The translations under genes and the position numbers were made by a program. From an uncultured delta proteobacterium (lineage in GTDB: Bacteria; Desulfobacterota; BSN033; UBA1163), in contig CAWHBU010000007.1 in the NCBI GenBank assembly GCA_963827685.1, positions 160,001 to 224,000 of the forward strand: a DNA stretch of 64,000 nucleotides, given 5' to 3'. This document shows, piece after piece, positions 40,390-50,456 of this stretch (its first letter is position 1; each line of letters starts with the position of its first letter). The notes below the pieces were generated by a model. That model had not been told where the DNA came from. It worked only from the letters and a program-made list of their open reading frames with translations, and did not search any database.

Positions 40390-41556
40390 TCACCAGGCGT
40401 CCTGATAGACCTTGAGAACCTCAGACGAATCGCAAATGAACTTTGGGTTATAGACAATAGCTCCATCAGAGAGAGCAATTTCAGAACATTCATTGAGTCC
40501 CTCTTGGGGAACTCCAACTTCCCTCAGTTTTTGAGGAAGACCTAACCTCTTGGTGAAATCTGTGATCGTGTCTGCCAGGACACATCCTGCCTCATCCTGT
40601 GAAACCCTTTCGATGTTTACACCCATAGCTGAAAGTATATTCAGATAAACATCACCGCACGCATCGGCATTGTATCTCAGGCATGGAGGAAGAAGAATGC
40701 TATTTGCCAGTCCATGGTGGACCTTGAATTTTGCCCCGACAGTATGGGCCAGGGCATGAACGATTCCCACCTGGGCATTAGAAAATGCAATCCCTGCCAT
40801 GTTTGCCGCAATAAGCATCTGTCCCCTGGCCATCATGTCCTTACCATTGTCGACAGCTTTGGGGAGAAACTCTTTAACGAGCCTGATGGCATGGAGAGCA
40901 ATTCCATCAGCCATGGGTTCCCTCTGCAAAGAATGGACTGCTTCAATGGCGTGGCACATGGCATCCATTCCCGTTGCCGCGGTCAGTCCTGGAGGCAACC
41001 CTTCTGTTATTTTGGGATCGAGGATGGCCACGTTGGGAAGGATATTGTAATCACCGAAGAGCAGCTTCCTCCCCTGGTCATGATCCTTGATCACCGCTAT
41101 ATAAGTCACTTCGCTTCCGGTCCCTGCGGTCGTCGGAATCACGATATGGGGCGTCTGCGGTCTGCTGAGGACTTGAAATCCGGCATAGTCCTGAAGTTTT
41201 CCCCCTTCTTTCAAAAGGATGGCCATTCCCTTGGCTGTATCGATGGCACTCCCGCCGCCTACACTAACGAGACAATCCGCAGCCAATTCCTTTCCGACCT
41301 TCGCTCCCTGATTGACGATATGGAGACCGGAATCGGGTTCCACGTCTGAGAATATCCCTACACATAAGCTCCCCAGAGCCTTTTTTATCTTTTCCGGAAT
41401 ATTCGTATTTTTAACAAGATCTTTATCTGTAACGATAAGAACCTTCTTGCATTTAAGGTTCTCTGCTTCAATGGCCACTTCGAGAGCAGTATTTTCGCCG
41501 AAGACTATCTTGGTAGGACTCCAGAAAACGAAATTGAGGTTGGCATCGTAGGGCAT
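40390..41556 (-). CDS. Iron-containing alcohol dehydrogenase
   Basis: GGGSAIDTAK, PTTAGTGSE, DAMCHAIE, HALAH, HHG. Confidence 0.92.
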   Translation of the reverse strand: MPYDANLNFVFWSPTKIVFGENTALEVAIEAENLKCKKVLIVTDKDLVKNTNIPEKIKKALGSLCVGIFSDVEPDSGLHIVNQGAKVGKELAADCLVSVGGGSAIDTAKGMAILLKEGGKLQDYAGFQVLSRPQTPHIVIPTTAGTGSEVTYIAVIKDHDQGRKLLFGDYNILPNVAILDPKITEGLPPGLTAATGMDAMCHAIEAVHSLQREPMADGIALHAIRLVKEFLPKAVDNGKDMMARGQMLIAANMAGIAFSNAQVGIVHALAHTVGAKFKVHHGLANSILLPPCLRYNADACGDVYLNILSAMGVNIERVSQDEAGCVLADTITDFTKRLGLPQKLREVGVPQEGLNECSEIALSDGAIVYNPKFICDSSEVLKVYQDAW

Positions 41557-41601
41557 TATTCGGTCCTCCTCTCCAACAGGTCGAAATTTTCTCTAGGGGG
41601 C

Positions 41602-42027
41602 TCATGACTCATCCAGGAATTTCGTCTCAATTCTGGTGGTGCATTCGACGAGTTCCTGGGAGGCCTTCACAAAGCGAACGATGGTTGGCAAATCTCCTTT
41701 TAACTTGAGTTTTCCTTGCATCATCCCTTTTACCGGCTCCAGCTCTTTCTTTATGACTTGTTTCCATCTGGCGTAATCGCCAATGATACAGAAAGGTGCC
41801 TTCTGGGCTTCTTCAAGACCAACTTTTTTTGCCTCCCTGCAAACCCCCTGATGGAGGTCGAGCCACATACCGAAGTCTTCGTTTATGCCGATTTCTGGCT
41901 TGGCTGAAATGACCAATGCCACGGGCCCGGCGGTCCAGGTGGCAGCCGCCTTTTTATAGCCCTCACTGAGGTTGATCTGTTTTTTGTATTCCTCTACCCA
42001 CTCTTCGCTTGGAAATGTTAGGACCAT
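41602..42027 (-). CDS. SCP2 sterol-binding domain protein
   Basis: FPSEEW, LDLHQGVC, LEPVKGMMQGKLKLKGD. Confidence 0.8.
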   Translation of the reverse strand: MVLTFPSEEWVEEYKKQINLSEGYKKAAATWTAGPVALVISAKPEIGINEDFGMWLDLHQGVCREAKKVGLEEAQKAPFCIIGDYARWKQVIKKELEPVKGMMQGKLKLKGDLPTIVRFVKASQELVECTTRIETKFLDES

Positions 42028-42058
42028 GACATACCTCCTTCACTATGTGATTTACCTT

Positions 42059-43921
42059 TTACCCATGTAACTTCTTTGCCAACTCATCAAGCCCTGCCTT
42101 GATCAAAACCTCTTTCTTGGGTTTCCCATCCCGGTCCAGGCCTCTGAGTTCATAATATTCTCTCAGTAATTTCTCGACATCAGGAACGGAACCGACCGCA
42201 CTTCCCTCTTTCAACGGCATAAGAATTCTTTTGGGAAGCCTGTCGTCCTTGGCGCTCACCCCCATCATATTTCCAAGTCCTCTCTTCAAAAGCCATGTCC
42301 TTTCTCCGCAAGAAAGAAGATCTTTCAATGTAAAATCGAATCCAGTCGTCACCCGTACTATCTCTGCCAGCTCATTCGCTGAATACGTCCATGCGACGTA
42401 TTCGCAGATCGCCAGGGAGTTACAGGGAAGGCCAAGGTCTTCGCAAAGTATTACCATCTCGGCTTTCCCTTCGCTTGTTTGACCTATATAATTTTCTTGA
42501 AAGCCGGCTTCTAGATAGGTACTGATCCCCTGTTCTACGCCGAGACTGAGGTGCATGAGGTGACAACCCCCTCTAATGGATGTCATGTAAGCGAGACCCA
42601 TGCCGTGGAAACCCCGTGGATCATGCATTGGAACCTCTAACCCTTTCACCTCAACGCTGAATTCCTCTGCACCTCTACCCAACTTCTTGGCTGCTTCCCT
42701 CGTCCCCTCTGACAGAACTGCTCCAATCCCCTCTCTCTTAGCTATCTGGTGGAGCAACTCGATAGTCCCGGCCATATTCCCCCACGTGAGTTCAATCCCG
42801 CCCGTATCCTTTTTGGTGATCAGTCCCTTCTCAAAGGCTTCCATGGCAAAGGCAACCGTAGCCCCGCAACTGATGGTGTCCATGCCGTATCGATTGCACC
42901 ACTCATTGGCCTTGATCACCCCCGCAAGATCATAGTTCATGACCAGAGTCCCGAAGGTGCAACAGGTCTCGTATTCAGGCCCCGGCCCCTCGTCAGTCTT
43001 GAAAGGTCCATCATCAACCTTGACCATCCTTTTGCAAGCAATCGGGCAAAAAGAGCAAGCATGATTTTTCGTGAGATACTTTTCGGTCAGCGAGGGGCCA
43101 CCGAGATTCGCGGAGAGCTCAAAGTCTTCCCCGACCATCCAGTTTTTTATGGGAACATCGCCCGTCATCATACCCAGATCCATTCCGGCATCTGATCCCA
43201 TAGATCGAAGAGACTGGGCGACCATCGCATTGCGGGACTTTTCGATTAAAAGCTTTCTCAGAGTGGCATATTCCTCCGGATGAGAGATCTCTACTTTTTG
43301 GGTGCCCTTAACAACAATGGCCTTCAATCTCTTTGAGCCCATCAAGGCACCCATCCCTGTTCTTCCGATGAAATCTCCCTTGTCGTTACAGATCGCTGCG
43401 AACTTGACCAGATTTTCTCCAGCCGGACCGATCGATAGAACCTTTGACCTTTTCTCCTTCCCATGCCGTTCCTTGAGCAAATCGGTAAGGGTGTAGTTAT
43501 CCATACCCCAGAGATCACGTGCATCCCTGAGTTCAACCTTATCATCCTCGATGCTGAGATAAACGGGCTTGGGTGACATTCCTTTAAAGATGATCCCGTC
43601 AATTCCGGCGAACTTCAGCTCCGGTCCAAAATTGCCGCCGCATGTCCCCTCCCCCCAGATTCCTGTCAGAGGAGACTTCCCACAAACGGCGAACCTCGAT
43701 GTCCCTGGGAACTGCGTTCCTACGACAGGGCCGGTCATGACAATGAGGGGATTTTCAGACGACAATGGATCAACCCCGGGATCGAAGGAATCAAAGAAGA
43801 TTTTGGCTGCCAATCCGCTTCCACCTACAAATTTCTTCTGATCATCTTCTTTGATTGATCTGGTTTCGATTTTCCCAGAGCTGAGATCGATCTCCAATAT
43901 CTTCTCCCTATATCCTCCCAC
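42059..43921 (-). CDS. aor: Tungsten-dependent aldehyde:ferredoxin oxidoreductase family protein
   Basis: KSPLTG, IGPAGE, GRTGMGALMGSKRLKA, CSFCPIAC, PEYET, GMDTIS, RGGCH, DDRLPKR; GTG start after AGGAG. Confidence 0.9.
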   Translation of the reverse strand: MGGYREKILEIDLSSGKIETRSIKEDDQKKFVGGSGLAAKIFFDSFDPGVDPLSSENPLIVMTGPVVGTQFPGTSRFAVCGKSPLTGIWGEGTCGGNFGPELKFAGIDGIIFKGMSPKPVYLSIEDDKVELRDARDLWGMDNYTLTDLLKERHGKEKRSKVLSIGPAGENLVKFAAICNDKGDFIGRTGMGALMGSKRLKAIVVKGTQKVEISHPEEYATLRKLLIEKSRNAMVAQSLRSMGSDAGMDLGMMTGDVPIKNWMVGEDFELSANLGGPSLTEKYLTKNHACSFCPIACKRMVKVDDGPFKTDEGPGPEYETCCTFGTLVMNYDLAGVIKANEWCNRYGMDTISCGATVAFAMEAFEKGLITKKDTGGIELTWGNMAGTIELLHQIAKREGIGAVLSEGTREAAKKLGRGAEEFSVEVKGLEVPMHDPRGFHGMGLAYMTSIRGGCHLMHLSLGVEQGISTYLEAGFQENYIGQTSEGKAEMVILCEDLGLPCNSLAICEYVAWTYSANELAEIVRVTTGFDFTLKDLLSCGERTWLLKRGLGNMMGVSAKDDRLPKRILMPLKEGSAVGSVPDVEKLLREYYELRGLDRDGKPKKEVLIKAGLDELAKKLHG

Positions 43922-44036
43922 AAAGCATCTCCTTTCTCTAACAAAAAAAGGGATACATCCCATTTTATAATTCGATTTTTATACGGTTGCCCTTATAATC
44001 CTTGTCCTCCAACAAAAATGGTATATGTCCCTTTTT

Positions 44037-44600
44037 TTAGCGGCCATACTTACCGGTGATGGAGGCCGAACCAATCACCTTGCCCTCGATCGCCTTTTTA
44101 AAGGCCGAAAGAGAAGTATCTGCTCCGAGATCGAGCTTCTCCACATTGAGCGCATAAAGGGTCACCACATACGGATGGTCACCTGTTCCCTTGGGAGGTT
44201 GTGGCCCACCATACCCAACATCTCCGAAAGAGTTTTTCAGCTCAACAGATCCCTTGGGTATTTTCCTTTGGGAGGCCCCTTCCTCGACAGTGGTCACTTG
44301 TGGCGGAATATTAATGACCAGCCAGTGCACCCAATTTTGAGCAACCGGGTGTGGGTCGACGATTGCGAGACAAAAAGATTTGGTTCCCGCAGGACCATTC
44401 TTCCACGCCAAAGGGAATGAAATATTCTTCCCTCCTGCTCCTGGCATGACATACTGGATCGGAATTTTCTCTCCATCCTTGAATGCAGAAGATGAGATTT
44501 CCATGGTTTCGCCTCCTAAAGCATCTTGTTGGACAACCCACAAAGAGACAACAATAGCTAACAATAAAATGCAATCTCGAAAGATTCTTCGGTCTATCAT
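44037..44600 (-). CDS. YbhB/YbcL (PEBP/Raf kinase inhibitor-like) exported protein
   Basis: Signal peptide; ISSSAF, VDPH, WVHW, YGGPQPP..HPY. Confidence 0.88.
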   Translation of the reverse strand: MIDRRIFRDCILLLAIVVSLWVVQQDALGGETMEISSSAFKDGEKIPIQYVMPGAGGKNISFPLAWKNGPAGTKSFCLAIVDPHPVAQNWVHWLVINIPPQVTTVEEGASQRKIPKGSVELKNSFGDVGYGGPQPPKGTGDHPYVVTLYALNVEKLDLGADTSLSAFKKAIEGKVIGSASITGKYGR

Positions 44601-44673
44601 ATCCGCTCTCCTCTTAGGGTTGTTTCCATTTTACCTGGAAATCGCTTGACCGGTCAATGATATTCTTTGGGGA

Positions 44674-46103
44674 TGTCAAGCCAAAATAGAAATGTCCTCT
44701 TCTTACCAAAATAGAAATGTCCTATTCTTCAGATTTGAGATTCTAAGAGTTTTTCTCTGTTATAGGGATGTTTCCTAATCTTGAACTTCCTCCAAGGATG
44801 ATCAGCCGGAGGAATGTAAGTCTTCCTCCTTCTCACAATAGCCGGCTGTTTCTTCTCTCTTAGTGGTCTCTCAGTGATCTCTTTAAATCTCAAAGCTCGA
44901 CCTTTATGGGTCATGACCATTGATCCGTCGATTCGATCCTGAACCATCACCTTGGAGGCCTTGATCGTATCCTCAACCTGATAGAGCTTCCTGTTATGAG
45001 CCACCGTAAAGTCATTTCTCAGTGCTCGCTCTGTCTTAATGCATAAGATCGCATCCAGATCCACCCCCTTAGGTAAGGGCCTGTGGAAATCGTCTTTCTC
45101 CTGGGGCCAAACAGAGAACCTCTTGTTATAGAGAGGAAGATATTCCTCTAAGAACTGATTGCCTTCCTCAATCGTCCTGATCCCTCTTAAACGCATCTCC
45201 TTGACCAGCCTGTCCTGAAGGGTCCGAAAGAGTCGTTCAATCCGCCCCTTGGCCTGCGGCGAATGGGCATGACTGACCTCTACCCCCAACTCTTTTAAGG
45301 CCCTCTCAAACTCACTTAACGGCCCCACGTCATTTAACTCGTCCTCGATCGTTGGCTTGGCCGTCGACTTATAGGTCGAATGCTTATCCAAATACACCTT
45401 CATCGGTAAACCGTTTTTCTTGATATAACGCTTGAAGCTATCCATCGCCGGGATCGTCCCCTCATACTCATAGAACCTCCCAAAGGCTTCCCCGGTAGCA
45501 TCGTCAATATAGCTCATCAGAACACAGGGGCCACCTCTGTCCTCAAACCAAGCGTGATGGGACCCGTCCATCTGTACCATCTCGCCGTAATGATGCTTCC
45601 GCTCCCTCCACTGACGATGCCTCCCTCTCTTGCGGCTCTTCTTCCAATCCCCCGCCTCGATGAGCCACCTCCGTAAGGTCTCATCACTGATCTCTATCCT
45701 ACCCCTTTCCAGAAGCTTCTCCGAGGCCAGGGTCGGCCCAAAACCCTTGTACTGTGCCCGGTAAAGTCGGATCACCCTGTCCTTAATCTTATAGGGTATC
45801 CTCCGGTTTGATGGCCTCCCTCTCGATTTGTGTATGACTCCCCTGTTCCCTTCATTCCTGATCCGCTTCACGATCCTCCGAATTTGCCTACCACTCAAGG
45901 AAAGAATCTCTGCTGCCTCTACCCGCTTGATGACCCTCTCCAGGACCTTCTGGATGACATGTAACCGCTTTAACTCTCCCTGACGTACCATGATCATGTC
46001 CTCTCCTGCCATCATGCCCTCCTCTGAAAAAGGGCATCTTAGCATGTCGAAAAGAGGACATTTCTAAATTGGTCAATTAGGACATTATCATTTTGGGATT
46101 ACA
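44674..46103 (-). mobile_element. IS1202/ISNCY-type insertion sequence with 16-bp target duplication
   Basis: TGT...ACA ends with repeated AATGTCC/GGACATT boxes; TGATATTCTTTGGGGA at 44658-44673 and 46104-46119. Confidence 0.85.
44729..46015 (-). CDS. IS1202/ISNCY transposase
   Basis: GEMVQMDGSHHAW, IDDAT, YLDKHS, SPQAKGRIERLF.TLQDRL, PPADHPWR. Confidence 0.9.
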   Translation of the reverse strand: MMAGEDMIMVRQGELKRLHVIQKVLERVIKRVEAAEILSLSGRQIRRIVKRIRNEGNRGVIHKSRGRPSNRRIPYKIKDRVIRLYRAQYKGFGPTLASEKLLERGRIEISDETLRRWLIEAGDWKKSRKRGRHRQWRERKHHYGEMVQMDGSHHAWFEDRGGPCVLMSYIDDATGEAFGRFYEYEGTIPAMDSFKRYIKKNGLPMKVYLDKHSTYKSTAKPTIEDELNDVGPLSEFERALKELGVEVSHAHSPQAKGRIERLFRTLQDRLVKEMRLRGIRTIEEGNQFLEEYLPLYNKRFSVWPQEKDDFHRPLPKGVDLDAILCIKTERALRNDFTVAHNRKLYQVEDTIKASKVMVQDRIDGSMVMTHKGRALRFKEITERPLREKKQPAIVRRRKTYIPPADHPWRKFKIRKHPYNREKLLESQI

Positions 46104-46420
46104 TGATATTCTTTGGGGATATTCTTTGGGGTTCTAAAAACTCTAACCACCGAAAATGGAGTCGCGGAGGGTTCCGTGGAACTCCATGAAAATTCTCCGA
46201 CAACTTGCATTATATTTAAGGAAGGGGGGAAGCGACCTCGAAGGAATGACCTGATCAGGAGCCTTTTCCGCGGGGGAATGTTTCCTCCTACGGGGGAATA
46301 TTTCTCAAGGATTATTAGTGTTCAAGTGAGGGTGTGATTCATTGATATTTGAACAGAAAATTATTGGGTTGGCTACTTCTTATCTTATAGCAGAAGTTAG
46401 AAGATCAATTTACGGAGAAA

Positions 46421-46550
46421 GTGAAGCTCCCCGCCCACAGGGCGGGGCTTCCCGGCAAGGTAATTTCATTTTATATTGTGCCCCTTCCTGCCTGCCGGTA
46501 GGCAGGGACCCCGCCTACAAGGCGGGGCTTGCGGGGCACGTTCCGGCCAA
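46421..46550 (+). repeat. Mini-element family F1, copy 5 (nested CCTGCCTGCCGGTAGGCAGG)
   Basis: Matches 1785-1893 plus a 20-bp palindrome insert. Confidence 0.8.
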
Positions 46551-46668
46551 CTATTGTTTAAGATACGATCATCTCTTAAAATAGGGGGGCGAGGCAGGCC
46601 TCATTTAACCCAAAGGGTTATTAATAAAATTTGTGACATTCTGAAAGAAGTCTGATAGAATTTGTTTA

Positions 46669-47436
46669 ATGATGTTTATCAGAAAGTTGGGTGCACTATC
46701 ACTGATGGGTTTGCGAAGAACAGGGCGCTTGGGTCTTTTCCTTGCCAAGACATTTTTCTTTGCGGTAACCCCTCCTTTGAATTTTTCACAACTTCTCAAA
46801 CAAATTCAATTTATCGGATTTCAATCCGCTCTCGTCATTTTTCTGACAGGAGCCTTCACGGGGATGGTCCTCGGTCTTCAGGGGTTTTACACACTGAACC
46901 GATTCGGCTCGGCTGCGCTCTTAGGGCCGATGGTTGCCCTCTCCCTCATTAAAGAGCTTGGACCTGTCCTGTCCGGATTAATGGTTACGGGAAGGGCCGG
47001 CTCTGCGATGACCGCTGAAATAGGGATCATGCGAATCACGGAACAGATCGATGCGATCGAGTTGATGGGTCTCAACCCTCTTCGGTATCTCGTCGTTCCA
47101 AAATTTTTGGCGGGCATTTTAGCCCTGCCTCTGCTCACTGCCATTTTCGATGTCGTCGGCATCTTCGGAGGCTATCTCATCGGCGTGAAGCTTCTCGGCA
47201 TCGGCGAAGGTACCTACTTCGGCGAAATGACCAATTACGTCCGCATCCAGGATGTCACAGAGGGGATCTATAAGTCTCTTAGCTTTGGAGTACTGATTAC
47301 CTGGGTCTCCTGTTATAAAGGGTACTATGTCGGATTCGGGGCCGAGGGCGTCAGCAAGGCCACTACCCAAGCTGTCGTCCTCTCATCGGTGTTGATCCTC
47401 TTCTGGGATTATATTCTAACTTCTGCTCTGTTTTGA
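46669..47436 (+). CDS. mlaE: MlaE-family lipid ABC permease
   Basis: KELGPVL, GRAGSAMTAEIG.M..TEQIDA, GAEGVSKATT. Confidence 0.92.
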   Translation: MMFIRKLGALSLMGLRRTGRLGLFLAKTFFFAVTPPLNFSQLLKQIQFIGFQSALVIFLTGAFTGMVLGLQGFYTLNRFGSAALLGPMVALSLIKELGPVLSGLMVTGRAGSAMTAEIGIMRITEQIDAIELMGLNPLRYLVVPKFLAGILALPLLTAIFDVVGIFGGYLIGVKLLGIGEGTYFGEMTNYVRIQDVTEGIYKSLSFGVLITWVSCYKGYYVGFGAEGVSKATTQAVVLSSVLILFWDYILTSALF

Positions 47437-47443
47437 GGACTGT

Positions 47444-48229
47444 ATGATCAAAATGGAAAACCTGTATAAGTCCTTTGAAGACCTCGAGGTGCTTAAGGGG
47501 GTATCGCTTCAAGTGGAGAGGGGTGAGATTCTCGCTCTGATCGGAGGAAGCGGTCATGGCAAAACCGTTATTCTGAAACATGTCGCAGGATTGATGAAAC
47601 CGGATCGAGGGCACGTTTATATTGATGGAAAAGATGTCTTCAGCCTGAGAGGGGATGAACTCGAACAGTTGAGAAGCCACTTGGGTTTTCTCTTTCAAAG
47701 TGGTGCCTTGTTTTCCTCCTTAACCGTTTTTGACAATGTGGCCTTCCCTCTGAGAGAAAAGACCCATTCAAGCAAAGAGGAAATTAGGGAAAAGGTACTC
47801 AATGTTTTGGAACAGGTCGGTTTGAGAGGCGCAGAGGACAAGTATCCGGCCCAGATCAGCGGAGGGATGATCAAACGTACTGCCCTGGCCCGTTCCCTGG
47901 TGAGGCATCCTGGGATCATGCTCTTTGATGAACCCACCACGGGGCTGGATCCCGTGATTGCCCACACGATTCTCGACCTCATCAAATCGATTCACAAAGA
48001 TCTTGGCTTCACAGGAATGATTGTTAGCCATGAGTTATCGAGAGTATTTCAAATCGTTCAAAAAGTGGCGATGCTCCATGATGGGATTATTCTGTTCGTG
48101 GGGACACCCGAGGAGATCATGGCATCCAGAGACCCTGTCGTTCGGCAATTCATCACGGAAGCATTGAGGATCCCATCGGGTGCCATGAGGGACTTCCATC
48201 AGGAGGGGAAGTTCGATGAGAAACGATGA
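47444..48229 (+). CDS. mlaF: MlaF-family ABC ATPase
   Basis: GGSGHGKT, FQSGALF, ISGGM, FDEPTTGLDP, SH. Confidence 0.92.
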   Translation: MIKMENLYKSFEDLEVLKGVSLQVERGEILALIGGSGHGKTVILKHVAGLMKPDRGHVYIDGKDVFSLRGDELEQLRSHLGFLFQSGALFSSLTVFDNVAFPLREKTHSSKEEIREKVLNVLEQVGLRGAEDKYPAQISGGMIKRTALARSLVRHPGIMLFDEPTTGLDPVIAHTILDLIKSIHKDLGFTGMIVSHELSRVFQIVQKVAMLHDGIILFVGTPEEIMASRDPVVRQFITEALRIPSGAMRDFHQEGKFDEKR

Positions 48230-48274
48230 AGCCATTCAGCGATCATGGAGTCGAGGAACGTCAAGGGGGGAACG

Positions 48275-48715
48275 ATGAAAAAGTTTGATCTTGAGCTTGC
48301 GGTTGGATTATTTATCATTGCAGGAATCCTCTGTTTGGGCTACCTCTCCATCAAACTTGGGAAAATGGAGATTATGGGAGAAAGAGGATATGAAATCTAT
48401 GGGGTGTTTTCCAACATCGGAGGTCTCAAAGTCGGCTCCTCCGTTGAAATCGCAGGAGTAAATGTCGGGCGCGTTAAAAGCATCACGTTAAATAATTATC
48501 AAGCTCATGTTGTCTTGAATTTTCCTAAGGCCTTAGGAATCCAGGAAGACGCCATCGCTTCCGTCAAGACCAGGGGCCTGGTCGGGGAAAAGTATATCGA
48601 AATCACGCCGGGTGGATCAGAGCAGGTTATTAAACCAGGAGGCCGAATTCGGGAAACCCAGCCGGCCATCGATATGGAAGAATTGATTTCTAAGTTTGTC
48701 TTTGGGAAAATTTAG
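48275..48715 (+). CDS. mlaD: MlaD MCE-domain protein
   Basis: ELAVGLF, FSNIGGLKVGSSVEIAGV, TRGLVGEKYI. Confidence 0.92.
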   Translation: MKKFDLELAVGLFIIAGILCLGYLSIKLGKMEIMGERGYEIYGVFSNIGGLKVGSSVEIAGVNVGRVKSITLNNYQAHVVLNFPKALGIQEDAIASVKTRGLVGEKYIEITPGGSEQVIKPGGRIRETQPAIDMEELISKFVFGKI

Positions 48716-48737
48716 AGGATTTACCGAGGAGGTCTTT

Positions 48738-49343
48738 ATGAGCCCAACCTATCTTATCCGGGGTATATTATCCCTCTTTATCGTTGGGGCGATGGCTGTC
48801 CCCGTGCTGGCAGCGGATCCAATGGAAGAGATTAGACAGACGACGGACAAGATTCTCTCCATTGTCACCAATCCAGCTTTTAAAGCGCCCTCCAAGACTG
48901 AAGAGAAGGAGAAACTCATTCGCCAGGCAGAAGACGAGCGATTCGATTGGGAGGAGATAGCCCGCCGATCTCTGGCAACCCATTGGGCAGAGAGAACGGC
49001 CGAGGAGAGGAAAGAGTTCATCCGTCTCTTTGCGGACTTGCTGGAACGAACGTACATGAGGAAAGTGGAGGACTACTCCGGAGAGAAGGTCCTCTATGAG
49101 GGGGAAACCCAAGAAGGGGATTATGCCGCCGTCAAAGTCAAAATCGTCACCAAAAGGAACGATAAAGACATTGCCGTCGAGTACCGTCTCAAGAAAGAGG
49201 GAAATAACTGGCTCATCTATGATGTCTCGATTGAGGGCGTAAGCCTGGTCAACAATTACCGGACACAATTTAACAGCATCATATTGCAATCCTCTTACGA
49301 GAATCTGGTCAAGAGGCTGAGAGAAAAAGTCGAACTAAAGTAG
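48738..49343 (+). CDS. mlaC: MlaC/HpnM-like periplasmic lipid shuttle
   Basis: FDWEEIARRSL, WLIYDVSIEGVSLVNNYRTQF. Confidence 0.88.
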   Translation: MSPTYLIRGILSLFIVGAMAVPVLAADPMEEIRQTTDKILSIVTNPAFKAPSKTEEKEKLIRQAEDERFDWEEIARRSLATHWAERTAEERKEFIRLFADLLERTYMRKVEDYSGEKVLYEGETQEGDYAAVKVKIVTKRNDKDIAVEYRLKKEGNNWLIYDVSIEGVSLVNNYRTQFNSIILQSSYENLVKRLREKVELK

Positions 49344-49415
49344 GACTTCATTGAATCAGCTTGTTAGTGAAACGAGAGAGAAAAGACATCGTCATTTCAG
49401 AGTGAAGGTGAAGGG

Positions 49416-50324
49416 ATGAAGATTCTTTGCCGGCTCTGCATACTTTCAGCGCTATGTCTCATCCTGTTTCCCGGTCCGTGTGCTGGATCTCCTCCCTCTG
49501 AGGCTTCCGTTTCCATATCGCCTTCGGACGAAGCCAATCCGATGGCAATAGCCATCGAACCTCTTGAACCTTTAAGTGAGGCAAAGCCGTCAGAATCTTC
49601 TTATCCCGTTGAGCCTTCCTTTTCTACGAATCAGGAAGATGAGCCGACTCAGATCACCGATGAAAATAAACCATCAGAACCCTCCGAGCTTGAAGAACCT
49701 GTGGCAGGCATTGCGGATCCCCTGGAACCCGTTAATCGCGCCTTTTTCCACTTTAATGACAAACTTTATTTCTGGGTTTTTAAACCCGTTGCCACCGGAT
49801 ACAAGGCTGTCATCCCCGAGGATGGAAGAATTGGGGTACATAACTTTTTCTCCAATGTAACGACCCCTGTCCGCCTGGTCAACTGCCTGCTCCAGGCCAA
49901 ATTCAAGGGTGCCGGCAATGAAACGGTTCGTTTTGTTTTGAATACGACCCTTGGCATAGGCGGTTTTTTAGACCCGGCCAAGAAGACATTCAGAATTGAA
50001 AAACAGGAAGCGGATTTTGGTCAAACCCTCGGAATCTGGGGAATTGGACCGGCTTTCTACATCAATTGGCCCGTACTGGGCCCGTCTAATGTGCGAGACA
50101 CAGTTGGCTATGTCGGAGACCTTTTCTTCGATCCGCGAACCTATCTGGCCGCCCAATTTCTGGTGGCTGAGATTGTCAATACAGGTTCATGGGCATTGGA
50201 TAAGGTTAACGAAACCTCTCTGACGCTTGGCGAATACGAGAATTTAAAAAAGGCCGCCCTCGACCCCTATATCGCTTTAAGAGAGGCTTACCAACAATAC
50301 CGGCGGAATAAGATTGGGAAATGA
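49416..50324 (+). CDS. mlaA: MlaA/VacJ protein with Pro/Ser/Glu-rich N-terminal linker
   Basis: DPLEPVNR, NTTLGIGG, DFGQTLG, GPSNVRD, DPYIALR. Confidence 0.9.
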   Translation: MKILCRLCILSALCLILFPGPCAGSPPSEASVSISPSDEANPMAIAIEPLEPLSEAKPSESSYPVEPSFSTNQEDEPTQITDENKPSEPSELEEPVAGIADPLEPVNRAFFHFNDKLYFWVFKPVATGYKAVIPEDGRIGVHNFFSNVTTPVRLVNCLLQAKFKGAGNETVRFVLNTTLGIGGFLDPAKKTFRIEKQEADFGQTLGIWGIGPAFYINWPVLGPSNVRDTVGYVGDLFFDPRTYLAAQFLVAEIVNTGSWALDKVNETSLTLGEYENLKKAALDPYIALREAYQQYRRNKIGK

Positions 50325-50456
50325 AGAGCCAAACCGAAAAGTCCTTGATTCAGAATCTCAGAAACACCTCGAAGGTAACCTTGGTTCGATTCGAGGCCTC
50401 TTGAAGACCTTCGGTGGATCACTCCCATTTGACAGCAACCCGCGCTGTCTCTCGCG

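Noticed and set aside
46155-46300. Hairpins upstream of mlaE as an ncRNA or riboswitch
   Set aside because: Two stems are visible, but they match no family I recognise and have no second copy; a covariance search would be needed.
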